64,000 nucleotides of DNA from positions 3,676 through 67,675 of the forward strand of contig JAKAUN010000002.1 of NCBI GenBank assembly GCA_021817605.1. Reading direction: 5' to 3'. Source of the DNA: Thermoplasmata archaeon. Lineage in GTDB: Archaea; Thermoplasmatota; Thermoplasmata; Lutacidiplasmatales; UBA184. Positions 30,047-38,714 of this stretch are shown one piece after another (the stretch's first letter is position 1; every line of letters starts with the position of its first letter). The notes below the pieces were generated by a model. It saw nothing but the letters and a program-made list of their open reading frames with translations. It was not told where the DNA came from and did no database searches. The position numbers and the translations under genes were made by a program.

Positions 30047-31192
30047 ATGCCGAAACGCGACTACTACCAGGTCCTGGGTCTCCCACGGACCGCGAGCACG
30101 GAGGAGATCAAGACCGCCTATCGACGCCTGGCACGCCAGCACCACCCGGATGTCTCCAAGGAGAACACGAAGGTCGCCGAGGAGAAGTTCAAGGAGCTCT
30201 CGGAGGCCTACGAGGTCCTCGCCGACGAGCAGAAGCGTCACCGCTACGACCAGCTTGGCTTCGAGGGGGTCGCCTCCGACTTCGGTCCGACGGGGTTCAC
30301 ATGGCAGAACTTCACCCACGTCCAGGACCTCGAGGACCTTCTCGGCGCCTCGCCCCTCTTCGCCCAGTTCTTCGGAGGGTTCGGTGGCGCCTTCGGCGGG
30401 TTCACCCGCGCCGAGCGCAACCGCGGCGCGGACGTGGAGCTCACGGTCCGCCTTCCGCTCCTCGCGGCCGTCCGGGGTGCCCACCCGACGGTCGAGGTGC
30501 CCCGCACGAGCCCCTGCCCGGCCTGCCGGGGGACCGGCGCCAAGGACGGCACGGCCCTCGAGACCTGCCCGGAATGCCAGGGGCAGGGCCAGGTCCGACG
30601 CGTCCGCAGCCAGGGCTACACGCAGCTCATCACGATCGGCGAGTGTCCGCGCTGCCACGGCGCCGGCCGTCGCATCCTCGAACGCTGCCCGGAGTGCCAG
30701 GGCCGAGGACGCACCTCCACGGTCGAGAAGATCGAGCTCGCCGTTCCGGCGGGGGTCGAGGACGGCGCCGTGCTGCGGATCCCCGGCCACGGAGAGGCGG
30801 GGCGGCCGGGCGGCCGCTCGGGGGACCTCTACGTGCAGGTCGTCTTCGAGCCGTCCCCGATCCGTCGCGACGGCCAGGAGGCCCACGCCGAGATCGCCGT
30901 CCCGCTCGCCGTCGCGCTGCTCGGAGGGGAGGTGAGCGTGCCGACCCTCGAGGGCCACGCCGAGCTCAAGATCCCTGCCGGCACGCAACCCGAGACCCAG
31001 TTCCGCCTGCGCGGGCACGGCTTCCCGCCGCTGAGGGGAAGCTCCCGCGGCGACCTCCTCGTCACCGCCCACGTCGAGCTCCCCCGGAGCCTCTCGGCCC
31101 ACGAGCGCGAGCTCCTCAAGGAGGCGCTCGGCGAGACGTCCCGCCCGACGGCGAGCCGCCGGGAGCCGTTCTTCCGGCGACGCGGAACGTGA
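30047..31192 (+). CDS. dnaJ: Chaperone DnaJ (type I: J domain, G/F region, 4x CxxCxGxG zinc centre, C-terminal domains)
   Basis: [36 protein letters not shown] (HPD motif). [32 protein letters not shown]. Confidence 0.9.
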   Translation: MPKRDYYQVLGLPRTASTEEIKTAYRRLARQHHPDVSKENTKVAEEKFKELSEAYEVLADEQKRHRYDQLGFEGVASDFGPTGFTWQNFTHVQDLEDLLGASPLFAQFFGGFGGAFGGFTRAERNRGADVELTVRLPLLAAVRGAHPTVEVPRTSPCPACRGTGAKDGTALETCPECQGQGQVRRVRSQGYTQLITIGECPRCHGAGRRILERCPECQGRGRTSTVEKIELAVPAGVEDGAVLRIPGHGEAGRPGGRSGDLYVQVVFEPSPIRRDGQEAHAEIAVPLAVALLGGEVSVPTLEGHAELKIPAGTQPETQFRLRGHGFPPLRGSSRGDLLVTAHVELPRSLSAHERELLKEALGETSRPTASRREPFFRRRGT

Positions 31193-31971
31193 CGCCCCCG
31201 AAGAGCGACCTGGCCGGCGAGACCTACTTCAGCGAGCGACCGCGCTCGCGCTCGATCCGGCGGGAGCTGCGCTTCCTCTACCGGGGGGAGATGCTCTCCT
31301 TCACCGTGGACACGGGCGTCTTCTCCGCCCGGGGGCTCGATCCGGGGACAGCGTTGCTCATCGAGCATCTTGCGGTCGCCCCCGAGGCGCGGGTGCTCGA
31401 GGTGGGCTGTGGCTGGGGCGCGGTCGGCGTCGCGGTGGCGAAGGCCGCCTCCCGCGGCACGGTCGTGCTCACGGAGGTGAACCGGCGAGCGGCCCGCCTC
31501 GCCGTGGAGAACCTCGCCCGCAACCGGCTCACCAACGCCGAGGTGCGCGTGGGAAGCCTGTTCGAGCCGGTCGCCGACGCCTCCTTCGACCTGATCCTGT
31601 CGAACCCGCCCTACCGGGCCGGCCGCGAGCTCGTCCTGCGCTTCCTCGAAGAGGTCCCCGCACACCTGCGGCCGGGAGGGCGCCTCCTCCTCGTCGGGAA
31701 AGGCTCCCAGGGGATACGGTTCTACCAATCCTGGCTCGAGGAGCACTTCCAAGGCGGGGTCCGTGTCCTCGGCAGGAAGTCCGGCTACCGCGTCCTCGAG
31801 GCGCTCCCGCTCCGGAGCCCCCCCGCGGAGACGCCCCGGGCGGTCCCGAGAGCCGAAGGTGTTAAGAACCGAGCCCGGCTCGGTGAGCTCTCCCGAGGAC
31901 GCCGGCCCGGTCGGCGAGGGTGGAACGCCGAGCCGGACGTGCGGACCCAGGGATCCAGAACAGGGGAGTGA
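31189..31971 (+). CDS. Class I SAM-dependent methyltransferase, small-domain RsmC/RlmG-like
   Basis: [35 protein letters not shown] (motif I), LILSNPPY (NPPY motif IV). GTG start overlaps the dnaJ stop (GTGA). Alternative ATG at 31291 is less likely. Confidence 0.65.
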   Translation: MTPPKSDLAGETYFSERPRSRSIRRELRFLYRGEMLSFTVDTGVFSARGLDPGTALLIEHLAVAPEARVLEVGCGWGAVGVAVAKAASRGTVVLTEVNRRAARLAVENLARNRLTNAEVRVGSLFEPVADASFDLILSNPPYRAGRELVLRFLEEVPAHLRPGGRLLLVGKGSQGIRFYQSWLEEHFQGGVRVLGRKSGYRVLEALPLRSPPAETPRAVPRAEGVKNRARLGELSRGRRPGRRGWNAEPDVRTQGSRTGE

Positions 31972-32153
31972 GTCCCGCGCCGAAGGAGACCAAGGACCCG
32001 GAGAAAGCAGCCGCCGCGCCGCCGGCCGACGAGGCCGCCGCGCCGGCGGAGAAGCCGGGGAAGAAGGAGCGCTCTCCGAAGGGCAAGGACTCCAAGGAAG
32101 GGAAGGAGGGCAAGGAGGCCAAGGGCAAGGGCCGTTCGGGACCCCCCTCCAAG

Positions 32154-32711
32154 GTGGCGAAGATCGTCTCCGACAACCCGAACTTCCGCTACATCGTGCG
32201 CGTGGCGGACACGGACCTTGACGGAACCCGGGCGGTCGGCCTGGCGCTCACGAGGGTCCGAGGGGTCGGGCTTCGGCTCGCCGAAACGAGCTGTCGGCTC
32301 GCCCGGGTGAACCCGGTCGAGCTCATCGGCAACCTCCCCGAACCGTCGGTCGAGGCGCTCGAGACCGCCCTCCGCACCCTGCCCACTGCCGTCCCGGCCT
32401 GGATGGTCAACCACCACACCGAGCCGGTCCTCGGCGATACGATCCACTACATCGGGACCGACGTGGAGACCCGACGTCGGGACGACGTGAACATGATGAA
32501 GATGATCCGCAGCTACCGCGGCGTGCGCCACGAGCGCGGCCAGAAGGTCCGCGGCCAGCGCACGCGCTCGAACGGACGGACGGGGATGGCCGCCGGCGTC
32601 CTCAAGAAGGCAGCCAAGGAGGCCGCAGCGGCCGGCTCGAAGGAGGCCGCCCCTGCGGCGGCCCCCGCAGCCGCTGCCGCACCGGCCCCCGCTGCCGTGA
32701 AGAAGGAGTGA
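32154..32711 (+). CDS. rps13: 30S ribosomal protein S13 (uS13) core with Ala/Lys/Pro-rich C-terminal tail; an in-frame lysine-rich N-terminal extension is possible from GTG 31920
   Basis: From GTG 32154: MAKIVSDNPNFRYIVRVADTDLDGTRAVGLALTRVRGVGLRLAE... is the canonical archaeal uS13 start. The track ORF 31920..32711 prepends 78 in-frame codons. Confidence 0.75.
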   Translation: MAKIVSDNPNFRYIVRVADTDLDGTRAVGLALTRVRGVGLRLAETSCRLARVNPVELIGNLPEPSVEALETALRTLPTAVPAWMVNHHTEPVLGDTIHYIGTDVETRRRDDVNMMKMIRSYRGVRHERGQKVRGQRTRSNGRTGMAAGVLKKAAKEAAAAGSKEAAPAAAPAAAAAPAPAAVKKE

Positions 32712-32721
32712 ACCCACGGCG

Positions 32722-33318
32722 ATGGGCGACCCGAAGTTCCTTAGGCGCCGCTACGACACCCCGAAGCACCCGTGGGAAGGTAGCCGCATGGAGGAGGAGC
32801 GCAAGCTCCTCGAGCGCTACGGCCTCAAGAACAAGCGCGAGCTGTGGAAGGCCCAGTCGATCCTGCGCGGCTTCCGTCGTCAGGCCCGCGAGCTCCAGGC
32901 ACGCCTGAGGGCGCGCGAGGAGCAGGCGACGCGCGAGACCGCCCAGCTCTTGGCCCGGCTCAGCCGGCTTGGCGTGCTCTCGGTCGCCTCCCCGAGCCTG
33001 GACGACGTCCTCGCTCTTACGACGGAGGACATCCTGCGCCGACGGCTCGAGTGGATCGTCTTCTCCCGCGGGCTGGCCCCCACGCCCCGCGGCGCCCGGC
33101 AGTGGATCGTCCACGGCCACTTCGCGGTCGGCGATCACCGGGTGACCCGACCGGGCTATCTCCTGCCTTCCGGGGACGAGAGCCGACTTGCCTTCAGCCC
33201 GACGAGCCCGTATGCCGACGACGGGCACGCGATGCGCGTGGCGCTTCGGGAGCGGCAGGAGCGCCGGGAGGCCGGCGCCCAGGCCCCGGCCCCCGCGCCC
33301 GAGGGGGAGGCGTCGTAG
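32722..33318 (+). CDS. rps4: 30S ribosomal protein S4 (uS4)
   Basis: MGDPKFLRRRYDTPKHPWEGSRMEEE... plus S4 RNA-binding domain. Confidence 0.9.
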   Translation: MGDPKFLRRRYDTPKHPWEGSRMEEERKLLERYGLKNKRELWKAQSILRGFRRQARELQARLRAREEQATRETAQLLARLSRLGVLSVASPSLDDVLALTTEDILRRRLEWIVFSRGLAPTPRGARQWIVHGHFAVGDHRVTRPGYLLPSGDESRLAFSPTSPYADDGHAMRVALRERQERREAGAQAPAPAPEGEAS

Positions 33319-33702
33319 ATGGTCAAGATCGGGATCGCCCACATCTTCGCCAGCTACAACAACATCCACATCACCGTCACCGACATCACCGGCGCCGAGA
33401 CGCTCGCCAAGGCGACCGGAGGCATGGTCGTCAAGGCCGCCCGGGACGAGTCGAGCCCCTACGCCGCGATGAAGGCCGCCGACCAGGTCGCCGCGGTCCT
33501 CAAGGAGAAGGGCTACGACACCCTGCACGTCCGGGTCCGCGCCCCCGGCGGCAACCGCTCGCGCTCGCCGGGGCCCGGCGCCCAGGCGGCGATCCGCGCG
33601 CTCGCCCGCGCGGGAGTCAAGATCCAGCGCATCGAGGACGTCACCCCGGTCCCGCACGACGGGACCAAGCCGAAGGGCGGGCGACGCGGTCGTCGGGTGT
33701 AA
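33319..33702 (+). CDS. rps11: 30S ribosomal protein S11 (uS11)
   Basis: [37 protein letters not shown].... Confidence 0.9.
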   Translation: MVKIGIAHIFASYNNIHITVTDITGAETLAKATGGMVVKAARDESSPYAAMKAADQVAAVLKEKGYDTLHVRVRAPGGNRSRSPGPGAQAAIRALARAGVKIQRIEDVTPVPHDGTKPKGGRRGRRV

Positions 33703-33707
33703 CCACC

Positions 33708-34553
33708 ATGCCGGTCCGTGTCGAGGAGCTCACTCCCCGCTCGACCTCCCTCGAGCTCGAGGGAGTCTCCGCCTCCCAGGTCAACGCCATCCGCCGCACG
33801 CTCCTCTCCGACGTGCCGAAGCTCGCGATCGAGGACGTCGAGTTCCACCTGGGACCTATCCGCGACGAGGCGACCGGCAAGGACTACGACTCCTCGACCA
33901 GCATGTTCGACGAGGCGGTCGCCCTGCGCCTCGGCCTTCTGCCGATCCCGACCGACCTCTCCCAGTTCCGCCGTCGCTCCGAGTGCACCTGCGAGGGGGC
34001 CGGCTGCCCGAACTGCCAGGTGATGTACTCGATCGACCGCAAGGGCCCGTGCACCGTCTACGCCAAGGATGTCGTCCCGCTCGGGGACGCCTCGCTGGCC
34101 ATCCTCGAGCCGAACGTCCCGATCGTCCGTCTCGGGGCGCGGCAGGCGCTGCTCGCCTACGCGACCGCGATCGTCGGGACGGCCCGCGAGCATGCGAAGT
34201 GGCAGGCCGCCCACGGGGTCGGGGTCTTCCCGAGGCCGCACGTCAACATCTCTCGCAAGGAGGGCTGCTCGGACGCCTGCCTCAAGCGCGCCGCCGCCTC
34301 CTGTCCGGTCAACATCCTCGAGTTCTCCGGCGGCAAGCTCTCGGTCACGGACGAGGTGAAGTGCATCGACTGCGACGCGTGCGAGAAGAGCTGCGAGCAC
34401 GGCTCCATCCGCGTGGAGCCGGACGAGGAGCGGTTCTTCCTCCGGTTCGAGACCGACGGCTCGCTCACCGCCCGCGAGGCGCTGCGCTTCGCCCTCAAGG
34501 ACCTCAAGCGCCGCTTCGAGGACCTTCGGGAGTCGCTCCAGTCGATCCCGTAG
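33708..34553 (+). CDS. rpoD: DNA-directed RNA polymerase subunit D (Rpo3) with 4Fe-4S ferredoxin-like cysteine clusters
   Basis: MPVRVEELTPRSTSLELEGVSASQVNAIRRTLLSDVPKLAIEDVEF... Cys clusters CTCEGAGCPNC and CIDCDACEKSCEHG. ATG 33708 is in frame inside track ORF 32844..34553. Confidence 0.85.
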   Translation: MPVRVEELTPRSTSLELEGVSASQVNAIRRTLLSDVPKLAIEDVEFHLGPIRDEATGKDYDSSTSMFDEAVALRLGLLPIPTDLSQFRRRSECTCEGAGCPNCQVMYSIDRKGPCTVYAKDVVPLGDASLAILEPNVPIVRLGARQALLAYATAIVGTAREHAKWQAAHGVGVFPRPHVNISRKEGCSDACLKRAAASCPVNILEFSGGKLSVTDEVKCIDCDACEKSCEHGSIRVEPDEERFFLRFETDGSLTAREALRFALKDLKRRFEDLRESLQSIP

Positions 34554-35613
34554 CGCGCCCGGCGCTCGTCCAGTCGTAGCGAAGGATCGCGGCGATCCCG
34601 CCGAACCCGCGCAGCGTCGCCCCCGGGGTGTCGACGCTCCGCACGACGAAGAGGCGGGCGCGCGAGCCACGAGAACGCTCGAGGAGGGCCACGACCTCGG
34701 GCTCGACGAGGAGCTCCTCGGAGACGAGGAGCGTCTCGACGGCCCCGGCAGCGATCGCCTCGCCGACCTCGGCCCTGCCGACCGCGGCCCGCACCCCGGT
34801 TCCGACCGCGCGGACAAGACGCTCGACCGTCGCGGCCTCCTCTGCTGCGACGCTCGTACGCAGCTGCTCGCTCGCCCGGCCCGAGCGCAGGATCTCGTCG
34901 ACTCCCGCACGCCCGCTCTCGCTCGCGGGGTAGACCTTCACGCGACGGGCGAGCGCCGGGGCGCTCTCCGTGAGGCGGCGAAGGAGGCTCTCCTTGAAGA
35001 ACCCCGGACCGGCGAGGACGACCGCCTGGGCCTCGGCCGCTTCCCGCTCGAGGACGAGGCGGACCTCCTCGAGGTAGCTCGCCCGATCCTTCTCGGCGAT
35101 CCCGGGTTCGAAGCGCTTGCCGGCGAGGGTGCGACGGATGTCCGCGACCGGCTCGATCGCGCGCCCCCTCAGACGGACGAGCGACGAATCGCCCCAGTCG
35201 ACCGCCGCGACCAAGAGGGTCGGCTCGCCGCTCCGGGCGAGACCCTCGTCCAGGAGCGCGCGGTCCCCCGCGGTGAGCCCGGCCTTGACGACCGTGATGT
35301 CGTCGCCCTCGCCGAGGTCGAGGGTGTGGTGACGTCCGATGTCGAACGGCCCCTCGACGATCGGGCCGGTGATGCGCACGTGCTTGCTGAACCCGTGGAA
35401 CTCGACCTGCTCGGCGCGCACGGCCAGGAAGATCCGTCGCCGGGTCCGCTGCGCCCCGGGGACCTCCTCGGGGGCCTCCGGGTCGCGTCGGGTGGTGGAC
35501 GCACCGACGAGCTCGCCCGGGCGGACCAGACGGGCGAGACGCCAGAGGTCGCTCGGCGTCTCGAGACGCAGCCGGTAAAGCCCGGTCTTCGGGTCGCTCG
35601 AGATGAGGCGCAC
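34504..35613 (-). CDS. pelA: mRNA surveillance protein Pelota (Dom34 homologue)
   Basis: From GTG (cac 35611-35613): MRLISSDPKTGLYRLRLETPSDLWRLARLVRPGELVGASTTRR matches the Pelota N-domain. eRF1-like central and C-terminal domains follow. Upstream in-frame ATG 35847 is judged spurious. Confidence 0.75.
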   Translation of the reverse strand: MRLISSDPKTGLYRLRLETPSDLWRLARLVRPGELVGASTTRRDPEAPEEVPGAQRTRRRIFLAVRAEQVEFHGFSKHVRITGPIVEGPFDIGRHHTLDLGEGDDITVVKAGLTAGDRALLDEGLARSGEPTLLVAAVDWGDSSLVRLRGRAIEPVADIRRTLAGKRFEPGIAEKDRASYLEEVRLVLEREAAEAQAVVLAGPGFFKESLLRRLTESAPALARRVKVYPASESGRAGVDEILRSGRASEQLRTSVAAEEAATVERLVRAVGTGVRAAVGRAEVGEAIAAGAVETLLVSEELLVEPEVVALLERSRGSRARLFVVRSVDTPGATLRGFGGIAAILRYDWTSAGRATGSTGATPEGPRSGA

Positions 35614-35746
35614 GGTCGTTCCCGGTAGCGTCGGACGGGCCGAGGCTACAAGCACGTTTCGTCCGTCCCACGCGCTTGCACAACGCCGTGCATCCTCCGT
35701 CGCCTTCGATAGTCTTATCGAGGGAGCGAAGGGTCGGGGGCCCGGC

Positions 35747-37078
35747 GTGGCGCAGCCGAGCGAGGGAGGTTTCGCCGGGGTCCTCCACCGGGAATCGTTC
35801 CCTGCCTTCCTCGCCGCCGGGGCGGCGCAGTTCGCCGGCCCGTCCACGGCCTTCGTCGTGCTGATCTTCTCGGTGGCGGTCGCCTACCCGCGCGCCGACT
35901 CCTCCTTTGTCGCCGTCGCGCTCGCCCTCATGGGACTCTCTTCGGCCCTGCCGACGCTCGCCGGGGCGTTCTTCGCCGGACCGCTGGCGGACCGGCACGA
36001 CCGGCATTTGCTCATGCGCACGGCGAACCTCGTCTCCCTCGTCGCCACCGCGCTGCTGGCGGTCGATCTGTTCTTCGCTCCCTCGAAAAAGGTCGCGCTG
36101 CCGCTGTTGCCGGGCTTCTACCTCCCCCTCTGGCTGCTCCTTCTCTATCCCGTCTGGGCAGGGCTCATCACGACGGCGACCCTCTTCCGACCCGCCTACA
36201 ATACCTCCGTCCCCAAGTTCGTCTCGACCGCCGAGCTCGGCAGGGCCAACGGCCTCATCTACGCCATCGCCGCCGCGGTGAGCGCCGGCGGCACGCTCCT
36301 GGTCGGGGTCGTCCTCACGCTCGGCGGCAGCGTGCTCGCGCTCTCGATACCGTTCGTGCTCTTCCTTGCCACGCAGGTCGCGCTCCTCCTCGTGACCACG
36401 GACCTCAAGGTCCGTCGGGAGGGTACCCCGCCGAAGATCCTCCGCTTCGCGGCCGAGGGGCTCTCCTACCTCGTCCGACGCCGCGACCTCTTCGAGGTGA
36501 CGATCGCGGCGTTGTTCGTCAACCTCCTGGCTGCGGTCGCCTTCGTCGAGCTCGGCCTCTTCGTGCGGGACTCGCTCGGACTGCTCTCGGGGATATGGTA
36601 CGGCGCCATGATCTCGGCGTCGACCGCGGGAGCGGCGTGCGGCCTGCTCGCGATCTCCCGTATCCCCTTCGAAAAGCACGCCGGCCTCTGGCTCATCGTG
36701 CTGGTCCTGGCGATGGGAGGCGCCCTGTCCGCGCTCTCGTTCGTCCGGAACATCTGGCTCGCCCTGCCGATCATCTTCGTCTACGGCCTGATGCCGGGGA
36801 TGATCCAGACCGTGTTCCTCTCCGCGGTCCAGGCGACGGTGCCGGACGAGGTGATGGGACGGGTCTTCGCCGCGGACGAGGTCGGCAGCTACATGCTCGT
36901 GCCGGTCGGCCAGAGCCTCGGCGGCCTCCTCGCCGTCGAGGTCGGGGTGGAGGGGGCCTACCTGTTCGCCGGCGGGTCGATGGTGGCTCTCGGCGTCGTC
37001 ATGCTCGGAACGTTCGGTTCGCTCCGGGGCCTCAGGATCCGCGTGGACGAGCCGGGGGCCGGGCCGACGGCGAGCTAA
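35747..37078 (+). CDS. MFS transporter (EntS/MFS_3-like)
   Basis: About 12 TM helices. GTG 35747 chosen because the track's ATG 35603 would overlap the Pelota N-terminus on the opposite strand. Confidence 0.6.
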   Translation: MAQPSEGGFAGVLHRESFPAFLAAGAAQFAGPSTAFVVLIFSVAVAYPRADSSFVAVALALMGLSSALPTLAGAFFAGPLADRHDRHLLMRTANLVSLVATALLAVDLFFAPSKKVALPLLPGFYLPLWLLLLYPVWAGLITTATLFRPAYNTSVPKFVSTAELGRANGLIYAIAAAVSAGGTLLVGVVLTLGGSVLALSIPFVLFLATQVALLLVTTDLKVRREGTPPKILRFAAEGLSYLVRRRDLFEVTIAALFVNLLAAVAFVELGLFVRDSLGLLSGIWYGAMISASTAGAACGLLAISRIPFEKHAGLWLIVLVLAMGGALSALSFVRNIWLALPIIFVYGLMPGMIQTVFLSAVQATVPDEVMGRVFAADEVGSYMLVPVGQSLGGLLAVEVGVEGAYLFAGGSMVALGVVMLGTFGSLRGLRIRVDEPGAGPTAS

Positions 37079-38043
37079 CGCGCCGGCGCGCGCGACGCCC
37101 TCGAAGGTCCAAAGGGGATGCAGGCGGTGTTGTACCAGTCGCGACTCGGGCCGAGGGAACGCGCGAAACCGAGCCGCTGGTAGAGGGCGACGGCCGGCTG
37201 GTTGCCCTCCGTGACGTTGAGGTAGATCCGCTTCGCCGCCGGTGCCGCTCGGAGCCTCCGGAGGCTCTCAAGGAGCGTCCGGCGGCCGAGCCCCTGGCCT
37301 TGGTGCCCCGGGTCGACCGCGACATCGGCCAGGAGGACCCCGTCGGGCCGACGGACCGCCAGGACCTGGGCGACGGGCTTCCCCTCGATCTCGAGGACGA
37401 CCGAGCCGTCCGGGTCGAGCTCGCCGAAGCGCCCGTCCAGGATGTCGCGGACCTCCCGCAGCGCGTCCGAGGCCTCGTCCGCTTCCTGAAGGAAGAGGTA
37501 GCGGTCGAAGCGGTCGTGGTAGGCGCGGCGGTGGACCTCGGCAAGGCTCGCGAGGTCCGAGGCGACCACCCCCCTCACCCTACCGGGACCTTCCGACGTT
37601 TCCCGAGGGAGGTCCCGGGCGACGGGCAGTTGCATCTCGCTGCGACCGTAGGGGGCGAACCCGAGCCCGGTCATCAGCCGCTCTTCCTCCGCCGGGGCCA
37701 CCCCGGCGAGCGGCCCCGGAGCGAAGACGAGCCGACCCACCTCACCGATCACCGCGGCGAGGGCCGAAGCATACGCTTCCGCCGAGGCAGTGCCGGCGTT
37801 CAGGTAGAAGAGGTCCAGGTTCGTTCCCATCGCCGTCGCTGCCGACCACGCGGCCAGGCCCACCGGACGGCCGTCGAGCCGAAGGAGCCGGGCCACGAGG
37901 CGGCCGGCCCTACGGTCCGCTTCGAGCGACGCGTGCCAGGCGCTGGCATCGACCGCCGGACCCGCACGCGCCTCGACCGCCCGGAGCAACCACCGGCTCG
38001 CCACCTCGGGCGCGTCGTCCAACCCCGCGAGCTCGATCTTCAC
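37075..38043 (-). CDS. GNAT-family N-acetyltransferase (two GNAT-like halves)
   Basis: C-terminal QPAVALYQRLGFAR is a GNAT motif, with a second ...GLGFAPYG half upstream. GTG start at 38043 (MKIELAGLDD). Confidence 0.55.
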   Translation of the reverse strand: MKIELAGLDDAPEVASRWLLRAVEARAGPAVDASAWHASLEADRRAGRLVARLLRLDGRPVGLAAWSAATAMGTNLDLFYLNAGTASAEAYASALAAVIGEVGRLVFAPGPLAGVAPAEEERLMTGLGFAPYGRSEMQLPVARDLPRETSEGPGRVRGVVASDLASLAEVHRRAYHDRFDRYLFLQEADEASDALREVRDILDGRFGELDPDGSVVLEIEGKPVAQVLAVRRPDGVLLADVAVDPGHQGQGLGRRTLLESLRRLRAAPAAKRIYLNVTEGNQPAVALYQRLGFARSLGPSRDWYNTACIPFGPSRASRAPAR

Positions 38044-38273
38044 GGTGCCTCCTGTCCGCGCCGGTACAAAGGCCCTCCTTGGGAGGAGGACGACCCCCGG
38101 GTGCGGCCGCCCGAGGGACGGACACTCGCCTCGCCGAGCTCCTCGGTCGCGCTCGTCGCGATGCTTGCGGGGGAGCACGGGGGATCGAAACCGCGAGAGG
38201 AGCTTACGGTCCGTTCGGGTCGCGCCGGGTCAGGTGGCCCGCTCAAGCAGCCACACCGCGGCCGGGGCCAACC

Positions 38274-38279
38274 TATATA
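38274..38279 (+). promoter_or_regulatory. TATATA box of the RHH/ftsZ-like operon
   Basis: cCTATATAGg is the only AT-rich element upstream of the operon. About 55 nt upstream of ATG 38335. Confidence 0.5.
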
Positions 38280-38301
38280 GGCGACCTCAGATATGTCAAT
38301 C

Positions 38302-38330
38302 GTCAGACAAAGAACCATATCTTGTCTGAC
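38302..38330 (+). promoter_or_regulatory. Perfect 9-bp inverted repeat GTCAGACAA-(11 nt)-TTGTCTGAC at the predicted transcription start, candidate operator
   Basis: Seen directly in the sequence. Lies between the TATA (38274-38279) and ATG 38335 of the RHH regulator gene. Confidence 0.45.
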
Positions 38331-38334
38331 AATC

Positions 38335-38700
38335 ATGTCCGACACGTCCGAGCGGGTCACCGTCCGCATCCCACAAGAGCTGCTGGAGAAGCTCAAGCAG
38401 ATTCAGCTATCCAAGGGGACGGCGACGATCTCCGACACGATACGGGAGGGGCTCGAGCAGTACATCGAGCTCAACCTGCCCCCCCAGCACATCCGCAAGG
38501 TCGTGGTCGAGCTCTCCCGCCAGGACAACAGCCGGCTCGAGGAGTTCGTCCGGGAAGGCAACTCCGTCAGCGTCGACGACGCCGTCCGCTCGGCCGTGCG
38601 GGAGTACATCCGCAGCCGGATCGATCAGCTGGCTCCGGCGTCCCGCTCCCCGCGCCGCGAGGGCGATACCGTCGCCGCCGCCGGCTCTCCGCCGGCGTGA
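38335..38700 (+). CDS. Tandem ribbon-helix-helix (CopG/Arc/MetJ-like) DNA-binding protein, 121 aa
   Basis: Two consecutive beta-strand/helix/helix units: VTVRIPQELLEKLKQIQLSKGTATISDTIREGLEQYIE and KVVVELSRQDNSRLEEFVREGNSVSVDDAVRSAVREYIRSR. ATG 38335 preferred over ATG 38293, which would lie upstream of the predicted TSS. Confidence 0.65.
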   Translation: MSDTSERVTVRIPQELLEKLKQIQLSKGTATISDTIREGLEQYIELNLPPQHIRKVVVELSRQDNSRLEEFVREGNSVSVDDAVRSAVREYIRSRIDQLAPASRSPRREGDTVAAAGSPPA

Positions 38701-38714
38701 TAGGTCCCCTGTCC

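Noticed and set aside
31920-32153. Calling the uS13 start at GTG 31920
   Set aside because: That would overlap the methyltransferase gene by 52 nt, and the conserved uS13 N-terminus begins exactly at GTG 32154. The extension is reported as a finding rather than as the annotated start.
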